Source of the DNA: Bacteroidota bacterium
GTDB lineage: Bacteria > Bacteroidota > Bacteroidia > NS11-12g > UBA955
Assembly: GCA_027488835.1 (NCBI GenBank)
Contig: JAIYAW010000004.1
Location: 71,271-135,270 of the forward strand
DNA: 64,000 nucleotides
Direction of reading: 5' to 3'
The position numbers and the translations under genes were made by a program. This document shows, piece after piece, positions 30,001 to 37,977 of the stretch. The notes beneath the pieces are model-generated. The model did not search any database, was not told where the DNA came from, and saw nothing but the letters and a program-made list of their open reading frames with translations. Position 1 is the first letter of the stretch. Each line of letters starts with the position of its first letter.

Positions 30001-30961
30001 GACTGGTATTGGTAGACGAACATGTACTTGTACTCGCATTATTATTTGAAACTGTTGCTCCTGATAATGCAAACACATCAATAAAATATGATCCAATTGA
30101 AGGTAATTGATTTACTACCGCTGTTACTGAATTTCCCACTGTAGTGGAAGAACTATTTATAAATCTATAAGTGTCAAATGTGTTAGAGGTAGGATCAGCA
30201 ACTTGCGTGATTAAAATGTCTGGTTCTCCATCTCCGATTTTACTTGCATCGATAGATGTAACATTAAATTCTAAGTCAGCATCAAAATTAGCGATACCCG
30301 TACCTATGTTTAATCCATTTGTTCCATCAATAAGAACGTCTTTGATGGTTTTATTGGGGTTATTACAAATGCTGCTACCATCGGCAAGGGTGGCATATAC
30401 GATAACAGATTTTGTATTGCTTCCAGAAATATTATTTACAGGGAGTGATTGCCATTTTGAATTGGTAAATGAAACAGAATTACTTGTTAAAGTCGAATTT
30501 GATACACCAGTGGCGTATGTTGTACCATTGTATTCAAAAGCCAATAAATTATGCGAGTTATTTGGAAAAGTGGAATTTAAGTTTGTTGAAGAAGATGACC
30601 AATATCCATTAAAGTCGGTGATTAATCGAGTTACTGGTAACAGTAAAACAAATCCTGTTGCTGTTGCATTCGAATGGCCAGTTTTAGAAATAACAATACT
30701 GCCTGAATTGGCCCCTGTTGGTATGGTTACGGTAATTGATGTAGCTGAAACTACTGTGTAACTAATTGCGGTAGTTCCACCAATTGTTACTCCGGTAATG
30801 TTTGAAAAATTTGATCCATTAATTGTTAAGGTTTGCCCAATCAATGCGCTGGTTGGAGCAAAACTGCTTATTGAATGCTGTTGCGCCTGTAAATTCACAC
30901 ATCCCAATAAGAAAAAAATGAGTGCTAATTTCAGAGAATATAGATACAGTTTAATGCGCAT
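27056..30961 (-). CDS. T9SS cargo protein with Ig-like/IPT domains and a C-terminal Por secretion sorting domain
   Basis: 1301 aa. Signal peptide MRIKLYLYSLKLALIFFLLGCVNLQAQQ. Ser/Thr/Asn-rich. I-set-like motifs (YQWKRNGTSISGATSSSLTISNVSASDAGAYTVEI). C-terminal ...IIHPNPVKNNSLDF...IEIYNNVGQLLF...GNYIVNF... matches the T9SS CTD pattern. The C-terminal about 500 aa are homologous to the 1120-aa protein at 56594. Confidence 0.85.
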   Translation of the reverse strand: MRIKLYLYSLKLALIFFLLGCVNLQAQQHSISSFAPTSALIGQTLTINGSNFSNITGVTIGGTTAISYTVVSATSITVTIPTGANSGSIVISKTGHSNATATGFVLLLPVTRLITDFNGYWSSSSTNLNSTFPNNSHNLLAFEYNGTTYATGVSNSTLTSNSVSFTNSKWQSLPVNNISGSNTKSVIVYATLADGSSICNNPNKTIKDVLIDGTNGLNIGTGIANFDADLEFNVTSIDASKIGDGEPDILITQVADPTSNTFDTYRFINSSSTTVGNSVTAVVNQLPSIGSYFIDVFALSGATVSNNNASTSTCSSTNTSRPIRLLALDLADFGITSSNATNVSKLIITPGGTADYGFIAYNNASFTIPAPKVTTQPTSKITCTGTGTTATFSVSASSTGTTTYQWKRNGTSISGATSSSLTISNVSASDAGAYTVEITNSSGSILSDPAYLNSSISVQPENKSTCINVATTLSITAEGNSPTYQWYSNTINSLSGATSISGANSNNYNPVISSVGTKFYFCEINVSGSSSSCSTAITSNIVSVEVDPSSVGGTITGGATVCAGTNSTTLTLTGKTGLVSKWQSSATSNFASPVDISSTATSITRTNLMSNTYYRAVVTSGSCTSTNSSNALITVNNTYTWVGTNSTSFNTSTNWQLGCIPLSGSDITFTSSPIDKCVLGSNVNLGNISISGTSTKDVLDLNGYSLTIQGNLTLTGKNINAENINSSLIFAGSTAQNLPSNNFTNKTISNLTINNSAGVSLLDTTKIKGILTLTAGRLTTNDYLIFKSDNAYSAVVDKVNYSNAISGKVTIEKYFPSKRAFRLICPSVTTTNSIKSNWQEGVNNSNYTNYPTNNINPNPGFGTHITGSTTGANGFDATPTGNPSLYTYDNSSQTWNAIGNTNNNTLSAGTPYRLMIRGNRLTNINQADNAPTPSNTILRTFGTLSTGNISISGLKNSANANNFIGNPYQCPVDMNVLLSASTNLNKTYYYVWDPFLNTRGGYVTVDVTKNTNAQNSSANKYLQAGQSCFVLTSSAPSATPTFTFTENSKFTGDITSKNFFTIPNSDENYIKIDLHSIDSNFLTDATIINFNDVYSNEITDEDARKPINLDENIAISRSGTKLSVECKKQPLTTEEHSIYIDKYRSTRYKLTLDIKGLNSSTIYLKDRYKNTLTKLNANKLNDYSFEINKSEVASSDTARFKIIIANEIFLGNTINYNKKTSPFIIHPNPVKNNSLDFSNYSNFNSVTIEIYNNVGQLLFKSNTISLEKANQILLPPSIPTGNYIVNFRTESASYFDKIIIN

Positions 30962-31032
30962 TTTTGAAGGGGAGAAGAAACAATTTCTCTCTTCAAATTT
31001 ATCTCAAAAAAACCAATTAAACAACCAGTGCA

Positions 31033-32736
31033 TCAAACATTACTCACGATTATATCCTCAACTTTCGTAAGCATCAGTATATCAATTGAATTCTGAAATT
31101 CTGGGTCTATATTTATTCCTATACAAACGGCGTTTTGCTCAATATAACGTCTAAAAAGAATGGGTAATTTATTGCCATCGGGCTCTACACACTCAACAAT
31201 ACGATCTAATCTTTTGAAATCCAAATTCGCTGGATTGTTCAACCAATCTGAAACCAATTTGTTTGGTTGCTTTTTGTAAGGGAAATAAGCATTGAAATGT
31301 TTCAGAAGGTCTTTATTGCTGTGGTTTTTCAAAATATACCCAGTAATGAGTGTTTTGGTAAATGAGTGATATGTGTTGGGCAAACTGGTTTGTCCTAATA
31401 CGAATTTTATTTCGTTTGAACTTTGAATATATTTTGTAATTCCCTGCCACAATAGAAATAATGGGAAAGCTTTTTGCTGATATTCTTCTCGCACAAATGC
31501 CCTACCCAAAATCAAAGATTGACCTAGTACCTTTTCAATTTCATTGTTTTTTTGGTAATAATCATACATGATTGAGTGGTAATTTTTGTCTTTGTGCAAT
31601 TTGGTTCCATCCCCGAGTCTATATGCACCAACAATTTCTTTTTCTTCATCATCCCACAAAATCAGATGTGCAAACTGTTCATCATATTTGTCGAGATCTC
31701 TTTCTTTTCCCGAGCCTTCATTAACGGATCTGAATGTAATTTCTCTTAAACGACCAATCTCTAAAATTAACTCAGGTGATTCTGTGTATGAAGTTAAAAA
31801 AACTTTATAATTTCCTTTGGTAACCAAAGGTGAATTAAGCATTGAAATTTCAAATTCAATTTGTTGCTTATTTCTTTTTTCAGCAATGTTTAATAATGTT
31901 GTTTTTTTAGGTAGTTTAAATGGATTTTTGGTTTTATTTACCAAAGAAATACTCATTAATTTAACCTTTGTTTCCAAATCATTTAGTAGGGCTTCATTGC
32001 CATTAATTCGGCAAGATTTTCCAATGAAAGAATAAATAGGTCGGCGGCGTTTTTTTAGTCCCTCTCGAGGGTAAAGCGCAGTTTTGAAGGCTGGGTGGAT
32101 TTTACCCAATTGATAAAATAAGGCACTGTTTTTTCCTGCAATCGCCCAGGGTAAAATGGCACCTTTGTGTTTTAATATAATTTTCTTAGCCGTTGGATGC
32201 CAGAATTGTTCTGATATTTCTTTCTTTCTAAAATTATAGTCGGCAACATCTCCTGCCGGGAAAAGAATGATGCAATGTCCCTCATTCAGCCATTGCAAAA
32301 TTGTCCTAATTTGGGTTGAATTTTGAGCCTTAGATTCAGCATTTTCATAAGGATCAACGGGTATTGTAAATGGTTTAATCGGGTCAACTTTATAGGTTAA
32401 TTCATTGGCAACAATTTTAACATCGTTTCTAACTTTGAGCACTTGGTCAAGTATGAGCAATCCGTCGGGTATTCCAGTTGGATGGTTTGCTATGATTAAC
32501 AATGATTCAGTTGGGGGAATTCTATCGAGTTGATTATTCGGAATGATGTGTTTGATTCTCGAGTTTCTTTTGTAGGCTGCTAAAAATTGCTTTGCATTCA
32601 AGCGCTTTACCCTATCGTAAAATTTATTTGCCTTTTTCCAACCGAGAATTTTGGAAATGATATTAAATGAAAAATCATTTGTTAACACAGTTTTATTAAC
32701 AATTTTAACAATTTCCCTCTTTTCAATAAATGCCAT
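31033..32736 (-). CDS. bifunctional acyltransferase: N-terminal PlsC-like O-acyltransferase plus C-terminal hemolysin-like N-acyltransferase (OlsF-like, aminolipid synthesis)
   Basis: 567 aa. N-terminal half has ...LIIANHPTGIPDGLLI... (H(X)nD acyltransferase box). C-terminal half resembles OlsB/GNAT-like N-acyltransferases (...FAHLILWDDEEKEIVGAYRLGDG...). Confidence 0.65.
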   Translation of the reverse strand: MAFIEKREIVKIVNKTVLTNDFSFNIISKILGWKKANKFYDRVKRLNAKQFLAAYKRNSRIKHIIPNNQLDRIPPTESLLIIANHPTGIPDGLLILDQVLKVRNDVKIVANELTYKVDPIKPFTIPVDPYENAESKAQNSTQIRTILQWLNEGHCIILFPAGDVADYNFRKKEISEQFWHPTAKKIILKHKGAILPWAIAGKNSALFYQLGKIHPAFKTALYPREGLKKRRRPIYSFIGKSCRINGNEALLNDLETKVKLMSISLVNKTKNPFKLPKKTTLLNIAEKRNKQQIEFEISMLNSPLVTKGNYKVFLTSYTESPELILEIGRLREITFRSVNEGSGKERDLDKYDEQFAHLILWDDEEKEIVGAYRLGDGTKLHKDKNYHSIMYDYYQKNNEIEKVLGQSLILGRAFVREEYQQKAFPLFLLWQGITKYIQSSNEIKFVLGQTSLPNTYHSFTKTLITGYILKNHSNKDLLKHFNAYFPYKKQPNKLVSDWLNNPANLDFKRLDRIVECVEPDGNKLPILFRRYIEQNAVCIGINIDPEFQNSIDILMLTKVEDIIVSNV

Positions 32737-32898
32737 GTTGTAAAATAACTACGTGATTGTTAGCCCAATTAGGCTTTTTGATTAATTTATTGTTAAATGT
32801 AGGAAATTAGTTAACAATTTGTTTGTATTGCTCGATTTATTAAGAAGTAACGTATTTTGATAAAAAATTTTTTCATAGTATCTTTCCCAAACTTTTTT

Positions 32899-35850
32899 AT
32901 GATGAAAAAACTACTTTTCTTATCCCTATTTTTTCTAACCATTTATTTCTCAAACGCTCAAACAGCAAGAGAAGTTGCTGTTGAAACTTACGCAGAAGCA
33001 AAATCTGGAGGTGGCGTTTATATAAAATGGATTCCAGATAATACAGCTGTTAAATATTATGTTTATAAACGACTTGGTCCTCGAACGGATTGGTTGTTGC
33101 TAGATTCTGTGAGTGGTACAGTGAATACTTATTTAGATAATGGATTATTAGCGGGTAAAGTTGCTGAGTATCGTGTTTCAAAAAGCAAAACATCTTTCTC
33201 TTTTTATGCAAATGGTTATATTTTAGCCGGATTTGAAGTTGCACCTAAATTAAATTTGGGAAAGGTTTTAATGGTAATAGATTCAAATTATTCTGTTCCC
33301 TTAAAATCTAAAATTACTGAATACATAGATCAATTAACCCGTGAAGGTTATACTGTGGTTTCAAAAGTAGTTTTGAGAACCGAAAAAGTGAGTACCATCA
33401 AATCATGGATTTCTAATCAATGGCAATCAGATTCAAACAATATTAAATCTATCTTTTTACTGGGTCATGTTCCAGTTCCTTACAGCGGAAATTACAGACC
33501 AGATGGTCATACCGAGCATACTGGAGCTTGGCCTGCAGATTTATACTATGGTAATTTTTACTCAAATTGGTCCGATAATTTGGTAAATAATACCCAAGCC
33601 ACAAGAAGTGAGAATCAGAATATTCCTTCAGATGGTAAATTTGATATTAGTAGGGTAAATCCAGTGGGAACCGCATTCTCAGCCATCCAACGTTGTCAAA
33701 TTCCAGTTGGTCGAGTTGATCTTTTTGGGATGCCATCCTTTGGTAATGATACCTTCCTTATTAATCGTTATTTAAATAAAGCACTCAATTTTAGAAGGGG
33801 TATTTATAAAGCATCTCCGAGAGGATTAATTGATGATAATTTTGGATATTTTAGCAGTGAGGCCTTTGCTTCAGGTGGATTTAGGAATTTTTCTGTTCAA
33901 TTTAAAGATTCAGTTTTTGAACGCGATTACAGATCTAACATGGCTAAAAATTCTTATTTAATGAGTTATGGTTGTGGTGCGGGAACATATACTTCTTGTG
34001 ATCAAGTTGCATCTTCTTCAACTTTTACAACTGACAGTTTATTAAATCCTTTCACAATGACCTTTGGAAGTTATTATGGAGATTGGGATAATTCAGATAA
34101 CTTTTTACGTGCACCTCTGGCAAGTAAAGGTTGGGGATTGGCAAGTGTATGGTCTGGAAGACCCTATTGGATGTTGCATGAATGTGCCCTTGGATTGCCT
34201 TTGGGTCAGGCAACTTTAACTTCTGTGAACTCATATTATTATTATAATGCCGCAGGATTTCAAAGTGGAGTACATACTGCATTGATGGGTGATCCAACAC
34301 TTACTCTTTATCCTTTGGCTGCATTAAGCAACACTAAGGCCATTGCAAAATGTACCGATAAAGTTAGATTTAGATGGGATTTACATGCATCAAACATTGA
34401 TTCAGTAGTTATTGAAGAATTTTTAGGGGGATCTTGGAAAACGTTGGTGAAAACTGTTGGCTCAGACACTGATTTAACATACCGTGTACCGGCGGGATAT
34501 CACAAATTTTCAATTCGCCCATTAAAATTAATGAAAAGTGCTTCTGGCAGTTGGTGGCAATATGGAGCCCGTCAATATACTGAACTCAGTGTAAATATTA
34601 AAGCAGTGGCGTTGGCAATAACATCAACTCAAACCGCTTGTTCCACTGATTCTGTGATAGTTGCCGAATTAAAATTTGGTCCCAATCCAAAGTACTTGCG
34701 TTCTTGGTATGTGAACGGAATAATCATCCCAGATACAGCTGTGTCTTTTAAAAGGACCTATCCAGCTGGAAATGTTGCTGTTTTAATGAAACTAACCACT
34801 GATTCAGGTTGTGTTCATAACGACAGTGTGAAATTTGTAATCAAATACACGCCAACTGCAAAAGCTGCAATATTTAGTGCTAAAAATCTTTGCATGAATC
34901 AAAAATTTATCGCCAAAACGGTATCTAATGGTACCCAAATTTGGACCCTTGGGAAAGATACAATTTCAAAAAATGATTCTGTAAAATATTCAGCAACAGC
35001 TACAGGCAAGTACATTTTAAAACATAAAGTAATTGATGTAAATGGTTGCTTTGATGTTTCACAAGATACATTTGTATTTAACGCATTGCCAAATGTGAAT
35101 TTCACCTCAAATCCGGATACAACCATTTGTACAGGAGGGAAATATACTATGACAGCAAATGACACAACAAATAGCCTGGTATGGAATTGTAAACGAATAG
35201 GTGCCGGGTCTGATATTGTTTTTAAAGATCAGAAGTCCGTTGAAGTTTTCTCGAATATTTCTTCTGTTACATTGGTTGCGACAAGTAACTTTGGTTGTTT
35301 AGACTCTTCGCTTCAATTTGTTGATTTTTATAAAAAACCTCAGTTGCCAACAATTTCTATTGTGAAAACTGCAACTTATCCAGGTGATACAATATCTGTT
35401 AAGGTTACACCAAATGCAACTCATCCAAAACCAAATGCTGTGCTTTGGACAAAACCTTTGAATTCAAGTGATTCAATATTGAAATTTAGGGTTGCAGATA
35501 CTGGAACTTTGAACTTTATGGTGTATTTTGTTTCTGATCGCGGATGTATTTCCGATACAGCCTATTACGATCAATATTTTGGTCTTAGTGCATCTATGAA
35601 TTTGAACGTTCAAAAAATCATGGCCTATCCAAATCCCAATAGAGGCAAATTTACCTTGCAGGTAAACGCTGAAGTGGAAAGTGTAAATGTATTTGATTTG
35701 AAGGGACAGAAAATAGAGTCAATTTGGAAGGAAAGTACTTTTAAAAATCAATTAGAAATTGAGATGAAAGATACTCGAAATGGTATTTATCTCATTCATG
35801 GCAAATATAAAAACGGAGTTAAGTTCGTTTCCAAATTTGAAATATTATAA
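32899..35850 (+). CDS. T9SS C-terminal-sorting-domain protein. The N-terminal region is possibly a C25 (gingipain-like) peptidase fold.
   Basis: Signal peptide MMKKLLFLSLFFLTIYFSNAQT (ATG 32899; the ORF track has TTG 32857). C-terminal ...IMAYPNPNRGKFTLQV...GIYLIHGKY... fits the T9SS CTD. An N-terminal segment with GH and GC dyads (LGHVPVPYSG, SYGCGAGTY) loosely recalls the C25 catalytic His/Cys. This functional call is tentative. Confidence 0.6.
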   Translation: MMKKLLFLSLFFLTIYFSNAQTAREVAVETYAEAKSGGGVYIKWIPDNTAVKYYVYKRLGPRTDWLLLDSVSGTVNTYLDNGLLAGKVAEYRVSKSKTSFSFYANGYILAGFEVAPKLNLGKVLMVIDSNYSVPLKSKITEYIDQLTREGYTVVSKVVLRTEKVSTIKSWISNQWQSDSNNIKSIFLLGHVPVPYSGNYRPDGHTEHTGAWPADLYYGNFYSNWSDNLVNNTQATRSENQNIPSDGKFDISRVNPVGTAFSAIQRCQIPVGRVDLFGMPSFGNDTFLINRYLNKALNFRRGIYKASPRGLIDDNFGYFSSEAFASGGFRNFSVQFKDSVFERDYRSNMAKNSYLMSYGCGAGTYTSCDQVASSSTFTTDSLLNPFTMTFGSYYGDWDNSDNFLRAPLASKGWGLASVWSGRPYWMLHECALGLPLGQATLTSVNSYYYYNAAGFQSGVHTALMGDPTLTLYPLAALSNTKAIAKCTDKVRFRWDLHASNIDSVVIEEFLGGSWKTLVKTVGSDTDLTYRVPAGYHKFSIRPLKLMKSASGSWWQYGARQYTELSVNIKAVALAITSTQTACSTDSVIVAELKFGPNPKYLRSWYVNGIIIPDTAVSFKRTYPAGNVAVLMKLTTDSGCVHNDSVKFVIKYTPTAKAAIFSAKNLCMNQKFIAKTVSNGTQIWTLGKDTISKNDSVKYSATATGKYILKHKVIDVNGCFDVSQDTFVFNALPNVNFTSNPDTTICTGGKYTMTANDTTNSLVWNCKRIGAGSDIVFKDQKSVEVFSNISSVTLVATSNFGCLDSSLQFVDFYKKPQLPTISIVKTATYPGDTISVKVTPNATHPKPNAVLWTKPLNSSDSILKFRVADTGTLNFMVYFVSDRGCISDTAYYDQYFGLSASMNLNVQKIMAYPNPNRGKFTLQVNAEVESVNVFDLKGQKIESIWKESTFKNQLEIEMKDTRNGIYLIHGKYKNGVKFVSKFEIL

Positions 35851-36235
35851 ATTCATATTGATCTGTTTTGTTTGCTGGGGTTCAAGTAATTTGAGCGCCC
35901 AACAACTAAAGAATAGTTCGGGATCTATTGTTGGGTTTATAGAAGGTGGGAGGGTGAAAACCAAATCAGGATCTACTTGGGGATATATTGAAGACGGGAG
36001 GGTTAAAAATAGTTCAGGGAGTATTATTGGTTATTTTGATGATGAGAGAATCAAGAATAGATCGGGTTCAATAATTGGATATTTTGATGGCAATAGGGCT
36101 AAGAATAGTTCAGGGAGCGTCATTGGTTATGTTGATGATGGTAGGGTGAAAAATAGATCCGGATCAATCATTGGTTACTATAATTCCGTTCGAAAAATAG
36201 AAGTTGCACTTTTCTTTTTCTATTTTTTTTATTGA
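35798..36235 (+). CDS. small secreted tandem-repeat protein (5 x 20-aa repeats NxSGSIIGYxDDGRVK)
   Basis: Signal peptide MANIKTELSSFPNLKYYKFILICFVCWGSSNLSAQQ. Five 60-nt/20-aa repeats. Aromatic hydrophobic tail ALFFFYFFY. The ATG at 35798 overlaps the last 53 nt of the upstream gene in another frame (the ORF track has ATG 35780). Confidence 0.5.
   Translation: MANIKTELSSFPNLKYYKFILICFVCWGSSNLSAQQLKNSSGSIVGFIEGGRVKTKSGSTWGYIEDGRVKNSSGSIIGYFDDERIKNRSGSIIGYFDGNRAKNSSGSVIGYVDDGRVKNRSGSIIGYYNSVRKIEVALFFFYFFY
35909..36190 (+). repeat. 5 x about 60-bp tandem direct repeats (coding)
   Basis: The periodic sequence AAGAATAGTTCRGGRWS...GGNAGRGTKAARAAT is visible by eye at the DNA and protein level. 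Confidence 0.8.
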
Positions 36236-36252
36236 TTCAAATTATTGAACAC

Positions 36253-36268
36253 TGTGACAATAATCACT
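36253..36268. promoter_or_regulatory. CRP/FNR-type palindromic operator TGTGA-N6-TCACT upstream of the outer-membrane protein gene
   Basis: cACTGTGACAATAATCACTGa. Near-identical to the site at 37913. Confidence 0.5.
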
Positions 36269-36278
36269 GAAAGTAAAT

Positions 36279-37901
36279 TTGATTGTCAATAATTTTGAAC
36301 CCGTGAAAAATATCTTTTCAATATTCATATTCATTATTGGAACGCAATTGTTCGGGGGAGTTGATAACCCTGTCAATGGAGATTCAATGAAAAATCCTTC
36401 CAGAGTTGATTTGATATTGACTAAAACGTTTTATGAAAAATCACATAAAATAGAGTTCCAATCTCGGTATTTTTTCATGAATACAAACAATTACGATGTT
36501 GCATCTACTGATTTTTACGCCAACGGACTGAATAATTCATTATCTTATAAATCTGCAAATTTGTTGTATTTATTAAAGAAACTAAAAGAAAATCCACCGC
36601 CAATTTCAAGTTTAACATTGAATGTTGAATTTTCTCATTTGTCTAATCTAGGTTCTTCAAATTTTAGCAGTAACAATAGGTATGAAATTGGATTGTTTGA
36701 TATAAAACAACCGTCTTTGAAAAGTATGGGGCAAATTACCGATTTGAATGTAACAGGCAAATTCAAAAAAATCGAGTTTCAACTTGGAAGGTTTATACCA
36801 CAAAACCCATTCATTAATGCCCAAGATGGACGCTTACGGCCAACTTATATTCAAGGGGCTAAATTGGCATATGGCTATGAATTTTTGCCTTTACGTTTGA
36901 ATTTAATTGCCAATTTGGGTATTGCCAATCAATTTTTAGTGAGAGGTTCAAATCAATGGAGTTCGATAAATCAGAGTGTAGGTATTTACCCCGTGGGTGT
37001 GAATACGGTTGGGAAAGCTGTGAATTATTTGAATGCAGCAAATTCAAACAATTTATTATTTTTTCCATCACTTCATATCGTAAAGTCAAACGAAACTTAT
37101 TTAGGCACAATTGCAACGCTTGTCGATAGTATAAAATTATCAAGAGCAACAGTAAATTCATTGAATTATAATTTGGTTTATTTGAATTCATTATTTACCA
37201 CCCATTTGGTTGAATTGAAAGGATCAATGCAGGTAAATAGAAAAATACACCGATTTAGAGGGCCGTATGGTCTCTTTTATACAAAATCTACCGCTTTTTC
37301 ATATGGGTTTATGTGGATTCATCAGAATTCAAATGCTCCCATTTCAGAGTTAAATTATATTGATAATCAAGCTACTTCAAACGTATTTAGTTCAATGATT
37401 TCATTAAGAAAACATGACTTATCTTGGGATTATCAAATAACTGCAGCGGCCACGAGAATTACAAAAGATGGACGCTATTTGATGCCCCGAGAATGGGGGA
37501 GAGATCCCTTTTACACGTTTATGCCTAGAGAAAGAAATGAGGGGTTTGGGGATTTAACCGCGCTCACATTAGAAGCGAAAATAGAACGTAGTTTTTTTCC
37601 AAACTTTATAAATTTAAAGCGTTTGTCATTCACTTTGGGTTTTGGGAATTATCAGTTGCCTGATGTGAAAGATTATTTTTTCAATAAATATGGAATGCCT
37701 TCCTATCAGCAATTGAATACAATCCTTAATTTTCAATTTGCTCAAAATAAAAACCCACACAATTTATCCATTCAACTTTGGTATGTTCAAAAATTTAATG
37801 CCGGTAATTCATACAATCAAATAAAATACGAGTTAAATAAAGTGAACATGTCGCAGATTAATATTGTCTTAAATTATTATTTTACAATAACTTATAAATA
37901 A
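36279..37901 (+). CDS. putative outer-membrane beta-barrel protein (function unknown)
   Basis: 540 aa. N-terminal hydrophobic signal-like segment (TTG 36279 or GTG 36303 start). Alternating amphipathic beta-strand character. Many Y/F/N/G. Ends ...NYYFTITYK. No assignable family. Confidence 0.45.
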   Translation: MIVNNFEPVKNIFSIFIFIIGTQLFGGVDNPVNGDSMKNPSRVDLILTKTFYEKSHKIEFQSRYFFMNTNNYDVASTDFYANGLNNSLSYKSANLLYLLKKLKENPPPISSLTLNVEFSHLSNLGSSNFSSNNRYEIGLFDIKQPSLKSMGQITDLNVTGKFKKIEFQLGRFIPQNPFINAQDGRLRPTYIQGAKLAYGYEFLPLRLNLIANLGIANQFLVRGSNQWSSINQSVGIYPVGVNTVGKAVNYLNAANSNNLLFFPSLHIVKSNETYLGTIATLVDSIKLSRATVNSLNYNLVYLNSLFTTHLVELKGSMQVNRKIHRFRGPYGLFYTKSTAFSYGFMWIHQNSNAPISELNYIDNQATSNVFSSMISLRKHDLSWDYQITAAATRITKDGRYLMPREWGRDPFYTFMPRERNEGFGDLTALTLEAKIERSFFPNFINLKRLSFTLGFGNYQLPDVKDYFFNKYGMPSYQQLNTILNFQFAQNKNPHNLSIQLWYVQKFNAGNSYNQIKYELNKVNMSQINIVLNYYFTITYK

Positions 37902-37912
37902 TTTTAATGTAT

Positions 37913-37928
37913 TGTGACAAAAATCACA
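37913..37928. promoter_or_regulatory. CRP/FNR-type palindromic operator TGTGA-N6-TCACA upstream of the TauE/sulfur cluster
   Basis: tATTGTGACAAAAATCACAGta. Centred about 56 bp upstream of the TauE ATG, followed by a CCTTTG -7-like element. Confidence 0.5.
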
Positions 37929-37977
37929 GTATAATTGATTTTGTTTAATCACCTTTGTAATTAATTAAAAGATCTTA

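Noticed and set aside
27798-30761. Several 60-200 aa ORFs on the plus strand inside the 1301-aa minus-strand gene (for example 28875-29123, 29127-29405, 30171-30761)
   Set aside because: They are antisense to a long, well-supported T9SS cargo gene and have no independent signals. They are typical spurious antisense ORFs in a low-complexity S/T-rich gene.
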